A DNA stretch of 63,478 nucleotides, counting the filler. It is 14 parts of 14 records of this genome, joined end to end, with 100 filler letters (N's around TTAATTAATTAA, not from the genome) between each part and the next. Parts side by side here need not be neighbours in the genome. Positions count along the whole stretch, not along the records: positions 1 to 5,910 come from SRR9670534_1279; positions 6,011 to 10,133 come from SRR9670534_1282; positions 10,234 to 15,264 come from SRR9670534_1291; 11 more parts are not named here. The stretch is one strand, 5' to 3'. Position numbers and translations under genes: made by a program. Below the pieces are notes generated by a model. It saw only the letters and a list, made by a program, of their open reading frames with translations, did not search any database and was not told where the DNA came from. This document shows positions 1 to 11,217 of the stretch, one piece after another. How positions within the stretch are numbered: the stretch's first letter is position 1; each line of letters starts with the position of its first letter.

Positions 1-13
1 TATTACCTTTTAG

Positions 14-3000
14 CGTTAACGCCAATAGAGTCATAATACGTCAAGGCCATTATGCAGAAAATTTCTACTTCATACTTTCAGGAACAGGTGCATTATTACT
101 GCTACATTTATGTAACTACTATTCATTAATGATTTTATATTGCAGTATCATATCACGCAAGTACATGATTTATTAATAATTATTAATCACTCACAGTTAA
201 CTTATTATTACTACTATTAATACAAACTGCTTGATAATTACATGGCATGATCTTTGAAGCATTGTACCAAGTATTTTTTACACAATAAGGTACCTATTCT
301 GAATAGGCTATTCATCATTAGTTAGTCATAAACACTGTAATGACATAGCTCCGCCCCTTTTTTCTTTATGTATTTTATATGCTGCATAGAGTATCCGTAA
401 TTTATTACTAACTTATAATGATGGAAAATTGTTGATTAGGTATATAGGCTATGTTATGTAGGCCTACTAATTTAGTGATGCACATCTATCATAATATATG
501 GTACTTATTAGTACTACACATGTATCACAATAAACATTGAAGCATTACTTTAGGTACTCTATCTATTAGAACAAAATAATAATTTAATAAAAATGCTTTT
601 TATGTTATTATTAATAATTCTGAGCATTATCTTCTAGCTGTTGTAACATTATTTGCCTACAATGAAGCAGCGGGTAAAGAAGAACTCAGCACAGTGGCTG
701 CATTAAAAAGGGGGCAAAGCTTTGGAGAATTAGCTCTGCTTTTTCATAAAAGGAGAAATGCCAACGTAATTAGTCAGACTGCTGTCCAACTGCTGGTTAT
801 AGGAAGAGATGCATTTTTTGATATTTTTATGACCGCTTCACAAGACGGTAAAGATCCTGACCATATAACATACATTAAAAGTCTTGATTTTATGAAAGGG
901 TGGCCTTTTGATAAATTAAAGGAGCATCCAGAACAATGCCTATTGCACTATCATAAGTAAACATTTTGAACATAGTTATTAATAAAATGAACATATTTTA
1001 TTTGAAGAAATTTTAGAAGGAATTCTGTGGTGGCTAGAGATAGTAATGAATCTGATTGGATATACATAGTGAAATCTGTATATCAATTTTAATAATAATA
1101 AATAGGGCCTATAATAACTATTACAATTAATAACAATTGTTATTATTATTAATATTAAGTATTAGTATCTAGTATTATATTATTATAATAAATTTAATAA
1201 TAAGCCGCAAGTGCTAACAATTTTTATATTGCAAGCAATAATTTCCTTAAATTAATGATAATAACTATCAAATTACATCACTGTTCAAATTGACATATAC
1301 TAAATATGATAATATAATTATTTATTAATAATATCTAATATGATTTGAATAAATTTACCTACATAATCTATCTTTTTCCTGTACGAATATCTAATTATAC
1401 ATTGTTCTACAATATTTCATATTTTGTTATAATGATATAGTAATTTAATTATTATTGATTATTATTACTTAATATATTATAATATAATTAAAATGTTACT
1501 AATTTGCTAAACAAATATTAATAACTAATAGTTATTAACTATTACCAACAATTATTAAAAATTATTAGTAGGCTAATTATATTAATAATAATACAATACT
1601 GATTAGGGTTCACTTCAAGTACTAAAAATTCTTCATGATAAAAAAGCAACAGATGAAGACAGTAACCTGGAAGGTATGTTTTACAAAAATGTTACAAAAT
1701 TAATTTATTATATCTTTTAAAATATGTTTTCAGGTGTGATACCCCAAATGTCGAAATTTGTCTCAACGTTAAAGCCAATATTGAAGCTTAAAAGCAAAAA
1801 AGATGCCATGATAAGGAGAAGGAAGAAGAAGGAAATAAATGCCCTTGACAAAAACTTGGCAGCAATGGCTGCAAGGGGCAAAATGAAAGACAAAAATAGT
1901 GCAATCAGCCCTAGTCTCTATACTTCTTTTATGAAAATTGCTACTCAAAAAAGAACAGTTACTCCCGCCGTAAATCAAACCGTACCATTTGCTAAGTCTA
2001 AGGATTCTGAATCTCGAAAAGAAACTGAGGAAAGTTCCAAAAAGAGTGTACTTTCACTCAGTACTTCTACCACTGCAGAAACCAATGCAACTACTCAAAG
2101 TTCAGTCAGTAATTCTTCTCTGATGATGCTCAGCAAAAAAGCCAAAAAAGTAGGACTTCCATATTTAAATGAAAACGAAGAATCCAGAAGGACTGGTCAA
2201 CCTGTATTTTTACAGTTGGGCTTGCTTGGACCAGGAGATGTTTTTGTAAGAAGTGTTTTATGATAACTATGCCTTGTTAATAACTATTGATATGAGCTTG
2301 ATTCATAAATATTGATTTTAGCATTACTATATAGTAATATTATTAGGTACTAAATGACTTATTTAGTAGGCTTGCCCAATGGTTTACTATTGTAGGCCTA
2401 CCTATTAGTAATAGTAGTAAACTATTATAGTATTACTATAGTAAAGCTAAAATTAATTATCTATGAATTTTGTATTATAACACATAATTCATATTATTAC
2501 TATTAAATATTAATTATGTTTTAAAAATATAGGAACTAGCCAATAAAAAATTAATTGGTACTTCGGAAATTCAAAAAATAATGATTTATTGAAATTTAGG
2601 TTGCTTGTTATTAATAAAGCTTAAAAGTTAAACTATCACCTACAATATCTAGTAGTAAATAATCTTTTTATAATATTTTCTAATTATAATAATATTCAGC
2701 AATTAATTAATAATAAAAACATAAATATGTGATACCCGGTATTATAGGCTATAATATTCATAAATTTATATATACATATATCATAAATATGATATTTTTA
2801 GGGGTTGGACAATTTGCAAATTTTTGAAGATTTTGAAATACCAAGAACTTCCGTGACTCTAGTTAGTAAGGGTGCAGAGTGCGTCATGATGAACAAAAAA
2901 TTCTTTTTAAAACATGCTCCTGAAGATGTCAAAGGCCGTGTTTTGCAAATAAAAACCACATACCCCACTGAAACAGTATTAGAAAGAGACTACCAAGATA

Positions 3001-3083
3001 AATTTGCTTGGCAAAGGTACCGAAAAGATATTGTGAAAGATATTATTCAGAAGCGAAGGGCGACAAGTGCAAAATACATTTAG
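14..3083 (+). CDS. Cyclic-nucleotide-binding domain protein (CNBD2-like), 3' part, multi-exon
   Basis: Phase-consistent GT-AG exons: 14-87 (VNANRVIIRQGHYAENFYFILSGT), 638-956 (GQSFGELALL...RRNANV, phosphate-binding cassette), 1017-1077 (SDWIYIVKS), 1607-1673, 1734-2245 (...LGPGDVF), 2802-3083 (LVSKGAECVMM...TAG). Two cNMP-binding domains; the second is interrupted by a long low-complexity insert. Confidence 0.75.
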
Positions 3084-3927
3084 CTAATATGTTTATTAAC
3101 TTTTGATTATTGCCAAATGTTTCATGATTATAACTTGTACATTTCGTCCATTGTTATTATAGGTATAACATTGCATTATCACAATAAAAATTCATAATAA
3201 AAATTTGACCTTATAAGAAAAGTATAGTTAAATTTTATATTCATAATTATATAATTTACAATAAATTTGTCACTTGGCACATAATTCAAGTTGTCTTTTG
3301 TCAGTGGTCCCTAGATTACAATAGTTATTATTATGTGAAAGGCCATTAGCTTTCGAAATTCGCTTTCGCAATCAATTTTCAAGAGTTGGCATCAATATCA
3401 TTAATTTTATGCAATAACTAGAATTTTAAGAAATTATTAAATTTAAAACAGCAATTTAGAAGTGAATTTAAAATAGAAGGAAAAAAATAGCACCTGTACG
3501 ATCACTATAGTGATGAGCATATATTACTGGCTATTCAGTTGGGTTGGTGTTTTTGGTCTTCTAAGTTGATGCAGTTTTCACATTTAATGGTGTACAGTGG
3601 AACAAAAAGTGTAATAACAGGTAAAAGTCGAATAATGAAGCTTTAATTTCGTCCAAAATTATTAGGCAATAAACTCACCGGCTTTGCGTTTTTTTAAAAT
3701 TTTTGTCAAATTTTAAGAAGATTGATTGTTATCAAGATATTATTGCGAATTTATAGGGTGAGGGAACAATATAGTACCCAATTTGTAGCTCATCTTGTTC
3801 CCAAGAGATGTGGCGTTTCATTTCATAAACGAAAAAATTGGTAGATTGGATACTAGTCTAAATTTTGTTAATTAAAAGTAACTAACATGCACACTTAAAA
3901 GGGGAAAATCAAAAAATTGCATTCATC

Positions 3928-3970
3928 CCAATCGTGCGTTCTATCAGCAATTCGTCCATACTTTATATAA
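3928..3970 (+). promoter_or_regulatory. Putative histone H1 promoter (CCAAT and TATA boxes)
   Basis: CCAAT at 3928-3932 and TATATAA at 3964-3970, about 80 nt upstream of the H1 ATG (4049). Confidence 0.5.
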
Positions 3971-4048
3971 TACGGAGGGCAAACAATTTGGCTCATTGTT
4001 TGAATTGTTACTCTTCTTCTCAATACAATTAAAAACTACTTGACAAGA

Positions 4049-4609
4049 ATGGCTGACGCTCCTGCTGCCCAGAAAAAAGCAACTCCAAAAAAGGCCAAGA
4101 AGCCAGCAGCTCCAGCTGCTCATCCACCATACCTTAACATGGTAAAAGCTGCCATCAAAGCTCTGAAAGAGAGAGGTGGATCTTCAAGGCAAGCCGTTTT
4201 GAAGTACATCATGGCTCACTACAAAGTTGGAAATGAAGCCACCAAGATTAACGCAAGAGTTAAGGTTGCCCTCAGAAATGGACTCAAGAAAGGTGTTTTG
4301 GTTCACGCAAAGAAGGGAACTGGTGCCACTGGATCCTTCAAAATCGTTGACAAGGCTGAGAAAAAGGTAAAGAAGGTGAAAAAGGCAAAGAAGCCCAAAA
4401 AGCCAAAGGCAAAGAAACCAAAGGCTAAGAAAGTTAAGAAGGCTGCAACACCAAAGAAGAAGAAGGCTGCTAAGCAAAAGAAGGCTGCTAAACCCGCTAA
4501 ACCTGCTGCTGCTGCAGAAAAGAAACCAAAAGTTGCCAAAAAGCCAAAGGCTACAAAGAAACCAGCACAAAAGAAAGCCAAAGCAGCTAAGAAACCCGCC
4601 AAGAAATAA
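4049..4609 (+). CDS. H1: Linker histone H1 (intronless)
   Basis: ATG at 4049. Winged-helix globular domain HPPYLNMVKAAIKALKERGGSSRQAVLKYI...KGTGATGSFKI followed by a K/A/P-rich tail; TAA at 4607-4609. Confidence 0.97.
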   Translation: MADAPAAQKKATPKKAKKPAAPAAHPPYLNMVKAAIKALKERGGSSRQAVLKYIMAHYKVGNEATKINARVKVALRNGLKKGVLVHAKKGTGATGSFKIVDKAEKKVKKVKKAKKPKKPKAKKPKAKKVKKAATPKKKKAAKQKKAAKPAKPAAAAEKKPKVAKKPKATKKPAQKKAKAAKKPAKK

Positions 4610-5168
4610 ATTTCAAATTACAAATTTTGTATTTTGAATTGTTGATTAGGTGTTCCTACTACATTTGTCTCCCATTTTCAAACTTTCAAATTGTGCGCTT
4701 TTATAAGTAATGTACTATTCCTAACCTTATTATTGTTCCTTAATTATTACACCTTTTGCTTCTTTATATTGTTATCAAACACTTTTGTCTCAAGTTATTG
4801 GACTTGAATATGATAACATTGTATTAGTAATTTTTGCTAGCAGTAATAATAAACAATAAAACTTTCAAACTTTTTAAGTTGAGCTTTGTAACTTACATAA
4901 ATTTGAAATATATGATAAAAAGTTTTTTATTAAAAACATGTTTGCATCTAATTGAAACAAACTATGGGCATTATCAGTAATATTAGCCTAGGCCTACTAG
5001 TTACTAACAAGTAGTACTACCAGGCATATTTAGTAAGTAGTACCTAGGCCTACATAGGTAATAAACGTGAAGCAAACTTTTGAGTACGCGTTATTATTAT
5101 TTACACTATAATAGTGTTCTAAATATAAAAGGTTTTTCAGAATTTGACAACGTCAAGTGACTTTTTGG

Positions 5169-5624
5169 TAGATGTCTATGAGGTAAGCATGCTCCAAAAC
5201 ACTGTTTGGTGCTACTAGCGACGGTCATATTATATGACATATTTCTTGATTACTAGGTATGTATTAGGTATATAATAGAAAGTGAATTTCCTTAGGAATT
5301 TTTCCTATGGAAAAATCCATTATAATTTTTGCCTATGGGATTTTGTATGGTAAAATTTACTATAAGAAATCCCATAGACTAGCATTATAAAGGATTTTCC
5401 TATAGAAAGTTCAATCTTTTGTTATGTCTCATAAAATAAGAAATAATAAAGAAGTATTTATGTCAGTTATACCTATATGTCATTCGAAAGGGCATTGACT
5501 GTAGTTTACTCCAGGGGTTTTATGTTAAAATTTCAGGTGAGGTGGGGCATTTTTTTACAACAAATGAACTAATATATTTGGGACATGCTTACCTCATCTT
5601 TGGCACCTACATAGACGCCATCTA
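5169..5624. mobile_element. Inverted-repeat (MITE-like) element with an internal ~120-bp hairpin
   Basis: ATGAGGTAAGCATGCTCCAAA (5178-) matches the reverse complement of TTTGGGACATGCTTACCTCAT (5577-5597). An imperfect palindrome lies inside at 5296-5412 (CTATGGGATTT/AAATCCCATAG arms). Confidence 0.5.
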
Positions 5625-5910
5625 TATTGTAATTTAGTATTCATGCGCTAACTGCATGTAACTTTGGGAGTATTGTAAGGTGCCCTGCACCATAATTCCT
5701 TGTGTTGAATTGGAAGTTATTTAATAATAAGTAAATAAATTATAATATTAGGGTGGTTCAAAATCCCAAAGTTTTGGAAAGTTTTGCTCCCTCCAATTTT
5801 TTTTGTTTCATTTCGATGAACAAAACAGCTCCACAAAATTTCAGCCAAAAAGTTGTTGTTTTGATTTGTTTCAATTAACCTAAATACTCAAATTTTGCCA
5901 AAAAAATCTT

Positions 5911-6010
5911 NNNNNNNNNNNNNNNNNNNNNNNNNNNNNNNNNNNNNNNNNNNNTTAATTAATTAANNNNNNNNNNNNNNNNNNNNNNNNNNNNNNNNNN
6001 NNNNNNNNNN
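5911..6010. other. Artificial contig linker (first of 13)
   Basis: 44 N + TTAATTAATTAA (stops in all six frames) + 44 N. Identical linkers at 10134-10233, 15265-15364, 19132-19231, 21604-21703, 27927-28026, 34095-34194, 36673-36772, 41801-41900, 45614-45713, 52211-52310, 56908-57007, 61057-61156. Confidence 0.98.
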
Positions 6011-6019
6011 ATTACGAAC

Positions 6020-9000
6020 CTCGACCAAGCGAATGACTAGTTATCCAACCATCACCAACTTCTTCTGGTAGCGCGCCAACAAATACACCATTTTCTTTGG
6101 TGGCAAAATTCAACTGTTCTGCTTTGTCAACTCCATATACCACCTCTCTTTCCTTACCACCATCAACAGAGAGCCACACATTATTACCATATCTTTCAGC
6201 ATGAATTGTATGCCATAATCCATCTGAATAATTGTGATTTCCTAAACGTATTGTTGTACCATCATTATCATCAGTGGTATCAGGGACATATCGGAATTTG
6301 ATATTCCCACTTGGTGTCAATTCAAGTTTCATATATGAAAGATCATTATCATTTCCACCTTCAACAAATAGCAGATATCCCGTTTGGCTGGTTTCTCTTG
6401 GGTCCACCAAGAATGAGACATCAATTTGTTCCCCTTGTTCTTCATCACCGACGGCAGCTCTTCTTTTTCTCTTGGCACCACCATATGGTCCTCCATACTG
6501 AACAAACGCATCTGGTCCCATGGTTGTCACAGGTTTGTCTTCAGTACAATATTCACCATATCTAAACTTCTTTTCACCATCGTTGTACCCTTTAGGATCA
6601 TAACAATGACAACTGAATGTTATAAAGGAGCTGGTACAGTATCCGTATTTTTCATCACAAAGACCACAGTTAACACCAGAAGAAATGCCTGGTGTTGAAT
6701 CTTCAACTTGTCCAAGAACATCACCTGGAAGCTCCAGAGATAAATCGACCAATTCTCCATTTTTGTAAAAGTTTTGTATCATACCAGTTAAACGAGCATC
6801 AGGAAGGTCGGCGACAACTGTTATTGATGTATCATGTATTCCCCCCACCTGCATAGGTGAGTCCACATCCAACAAAATGGCTTCCAGGGATATATCTTTA
6901 GCAATAATGTCCTTATTTTTGTCCAAAACAAGATACATTTTCTTGGTAAAGGTGGACATGAATAGGTCAATTTGGTGCCAATCACCGTTACCATATACAG
7001 CTAATTCAGATTCCATAAACACTTCTCCAGCACCAAGATTGAATCTCACCTTAACAAAACCACTTTGTAAATGTATCAGGAGAAAGTCACTTTCATTTGC
7101 TAAATCGGTCAAAGGCCCGTTATAGAGAAGAACAGCATTTACTGATTCAGAAGCAAATTCAAAAGTCAAGTTAAAGTCATCACATCTATTTATTGGTTCC
7201 AGCCAAACATAGCCACTACCTCCGAATTCTCTTGCTAAAAGCTCACAATTGGGACCATTAAATCCATTTCGACATTCGCAAAAATAGCCAACATTTTTAA
7301 CGACATCATTTTCATAAAATTGAGGACGACAAGTTCCACCATTTTTACAAGGAGGTACAGTATTACAAACGTTTTCAAGGGATGTTATGTTTGCAGCCAA
7401 ATATTCGTCTGTAGTACTTTCGGATATGCCCCCAATGGTACAAGTACATGATGTTGTAAGATCTAGGTTTAGTTTAATGTATGAACTAGAGTTTCCAGCA
7501 ATTGAAGTGAAGATGTCTTCAGTAGTATTATCTAAACCAACAACGGACGTACAACCTCCTGTTCCAAAGCAAGAAAAGGGTTGACACGCAGTTAATGGTG
7601 CCGCCAATATTGTTAAAGCATTCTCTTCAGCAATAGTTTCCATATTTAATTGCAAAAGCCCATTAATTGTGGCTTGGGCTATATAGGGATTAAAACTTGC
7701 GAAAAGATACACGTCCAATTTGTTCAAATACATATCTTCATCCAAAGATATTAATTCAACTGAAATTTGGTCCACAGATACCCCAGTAGTTTCTTGAAGC
7801 ATAGTTTTGACTGCATCAACAATAATATCATATTTAGATATACCAGTTTCAGGGTCTTCCTTTACAAATTGTTCCGCTGTCATATCACCTAATCTGAATA
7901 CTGTTGTCTGTCCGAAAATGTTACTGTTTAACGACAACACTTTAATTGTAACATCTGAATAAGCAACAACTTTAGATCTAGCCTTTTCCTTAATGTCAAC
8001 TTTGAAATTGAACTGATCTCCAGCATCTCTCAACTCATCAACATTAATGTCATCAGAAAAAGTAATGTATCCCTGAGGGTCTAAGCTAAAATAATATAGA
8101 AATTACGAATGATGAAAAAGATAAATACATTTAATTTAATGAAAACGACACGAATTATTAGTATAAAAATTTTGAGTTAGTTTTTGCAATTTGATCTAAT
8201 TAAACAATCCTGTGTAGTTCTACTTGAGTCAGGTAGCCCAACCTATTTGTTGGTGCCAACAGTAGTGACATCTATTTATAGACATAAACATACTGGAAAA
8301 AGGTTGTGTCTTCTCCTTCACTTTTTTCGAAATTGTATTGAGATGTATCAACCCATTTACCAGGTTCTGCAGCTTCAACATTTACTCTTCCTAGTGCACC
8401 CTGTGGCAATTTACCTTCAAATTCAATCACGTTAAGTTCAGTTTGGGAGGTGGAACCCTCCGCAATTTCGCCGTAAGTTGAAAAGGCTACTGTAACTGGA
8501 GTTGCCCGTTGGTTTACACCATCCGAAATTTGAAGTGTAAAATGATATTCTCCAACAATATCTTTACTATCTGGATAAATAAATATTTCATACTTGAGAG
8601 GAATTTTAGTTGAACCATCATTCAATTCTTCCATCCCATCTATAGTACCAGTCTTTCCCTGCACCCTAATCGTGGCAGCACCAACCAATGGATTATCATT
8701 TACAGATAATGAATAAGTGTTCTGGTTACAAACACCGACACCGTCAGTATCGATTGCAAATAAATTGGAAAATTTCGTAACAGATTGATCAGAATCTACT
8801 ACGAAATCTGAAGGATACAAAGAAGGTGCATTGTCGTTTTCGTCACCAACATTAATTGTCAACGTAGAAGTACTTGACATACCATCTATTGACATACCAA
8901 TTAATCGCATAACATTTGTAAAATTGTAACAATACAAGCATAAATTATAAGCTCTTACCTTTATCTGTCGCAACAACCGGAACATAATACGTTGGAATAT

Positions 9001-9863
9001 TTTCGCGATCTAATGTTACTTGGGTGACAACGTTAACTTCTAATGGAATACTTCCAGATATTGTTGACTGTGAGGCTTCAAAATATGCATTGTCTACTGA
9101 AACGCTAAAAAGTAAAAACGCTATTGTTTGCATTAGCACAAAACGCAAACTTGTTATTTTTAAATTATACTTGATCTAAAACGATGAGTAAAGAAAAAAG
9201 CAAAGCTACCACAGAAGACGAAATTGCTGCAACTATCAACAGTGATTTGAGCGGTGGATCAACTTCTGGAAGTTACAAAGCAAGAACACCAGACAAGGTT
9301 GGAGATGACTCTTCGAAGAAGTCAAAGAAATCCAAGTCGAAGAAATCGAAAAAGTCAAAGAAGAAGAAGGAAAAGAAATCTACGTTTAGCACCTTGTGTC
9401 CTTGCTGTGCCCCATCGCACCCTGATGACAAGTCGAAAAAGTCTTCCAAGAAGAAGAAGGGTGGTTCCAAAAAGAAAAAGTAGACAAGCAAATGGGAATG
9501 AAAAAGATGATTATTAAGTAGATTTGTGTCAGTTATGGTTATAGTAGCAAGTGTGTACACAATTAAAAAGCTTACTAACGTTATTAATAATTTTAATTTA
9601 TTAAAATAAATAATATAACGTATATACGAGAATGAGCCGATTGTTCTGTCTTTATCATTCAATGTAACAGATGTCACAAAAGCACCAGCATTTGAATTTT
9701 CTGAAATACTTGGTACTTCGGGATTGAAAGTTATCTCAGGAGCCTCGTCATAAACTTGTGCAATATTGATTGTTGCCGTAGTTGTAATTTCATTGCCATT
9801 AGAATCCTTTACTGTTACTATTAGGTTGCGTACCGGAGAATTACTTCCTGAATCCATATCAAT
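6020..9863 (-). CDS. Classical cadherin, invertebrate type-III-like (EC repeats, NC domain, EGF, LamG, EGF, LamG), internal fragment
   Basis: Phase-consistent exons 9863-9628, 9104-8959 (LDRE...VATDK), 8885-8294 (INVGDENDNAP) and 8085-6020 (EGF CKNGGTC...CECRNGFNGPNCE; LamG with LLYNGP and GDWHQI; second LamG with DGLWHTI). The TM and cytoplasmic domain lie beyond the contig end. Confidence 0.85.
9184..9483 (+). CDS. Small Lys/Ser-rich protein with CPCC motif, nested antisense in a cadherin intron
   Basis: Complete 99-aa ORF (ATG to TAG) lying wholly inside the cadherin intron 9105-9627. More GC-rich than the flanking intron, rich in AAG codons, AATAAA at 9605-9610. Confidence 0.6.
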   Translation: MSKEKSKATTEDEIAATINSDLSGGSTSGSYKARTPDKVGDDSSKKSKKSKSKKSKKSKKKKEKKSTFSTLCPCCAPSHPDDKSKKSSKKKKGGSKKKK

Positions 9864-11217
9864 CTAATCAAAATGCTTATTTATGCAATATGTTTCACAA
9901 TCATATTGTTATTGTAAGGCTATATGTAGGCTTGCAGAATGTGACTATAAAACCATTCTGTGAAATTTTAAAGTGGTGTTAATGACCAATAGTAAAACTA
10001 CAGGGCCATTCCCCACGAAGGCACCCCCACCTCCAGAAGAAATCGGAGGTTGGATGAGATTATAATGAGATATATCTCATCGAGACAACTGTGATGTTGC
10101 ACTGTTATTATTAATTAATAATAACTTATTATTNNNNNNNNNNNNNNNNNNNNNNNNNNNNNNNNNNNNNNNNNNNNTTAATTAATTAANNNNNNNNNNN
10201 NNNNNNNNNNNNNNNNNNNNNNNNNNNNNNNNNAACAATAAAAGTCTGACCTTTCAAAAAAATGATATTATTAAATAGTTTATAGTATACATTATTAAAT
10301 TAGCAAAAAGCTAAATTGATAATAATGATAAGCCAATTTAATTTAATACTATCATATTATATATACTATGAAATATATACTACATTATATATACATACTA
10401 CAGAAATTACCAACAAAAAATATTCTAAATATTTATTATTTTGTATCGATATATACATATATAAAAAGATTTAATTTACTCATCAAAGGTGAGTCACTTT
10501 AGGTGACTTAAAAGATTTAAACTAAAGCTACTATAGCATTGCAACAAAAATGAATTATTATTTTTATTATTAATAAAGATAAGTATTATACTAAAAATAC
10601 AGTATATGATTTATTTAAATATCCACTACCTTATAAGTTATAAGTTATTCAAACTTATCTATTAAAAATAACTAGTTTTTTAATAAATAATCTTTTTTTT
10701 TCATTTTTGTCATTTTTGTTTATATTTACTAAGAGAGTATTAAATTGACAATATTTCTAATAACATTATAGAATAGTTATTATTAAATATTTGTGATATA
10801 TATTACATAATTTATATTTTATAGATACCTATATCATTCTATCAAAATATTATTGGAAGACTTTTTATCCATCAATTTGTAAATATTTATACAATAGGTG
10901 ACTAAATAATTACCAATGGGGATTTTCATTACTAATCATTCTTTAAAAATGTTCATTATTATTAATGAAGTATTTTTATTATTGAACAATAGTTTACAAA
11001 CATCAAGTCAACAAAATTATAAAAATTTTATTCAAATGAATAATTTATCGCAATAATCTTAGCATATTAAAAAATAAAAAGGTAGATTCTTATTAATACG
11101 TAACAATAAATAATAAATAAAACACATTAGAAAAAACTTTAGTCATTATATCAACATATTGACATATTTTCATTATTGATTATCATTAATAATAATGACG
11201 CATTATTAATATGCATA

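Noticed and set aside
4184-4602. Hydrophobic minus-strand ORFs (128 aa, 99 aa)
   Set aside because: Antisense shadows of the Lys/Ala-rich H1 codons.
9273-9627. Phe-rich extension of the 194-aa minus-strand ORF
   Set aside because: Read-through of the cadherin exon into the intron, and the antisense shadow of the nested Lys-rich ORF.
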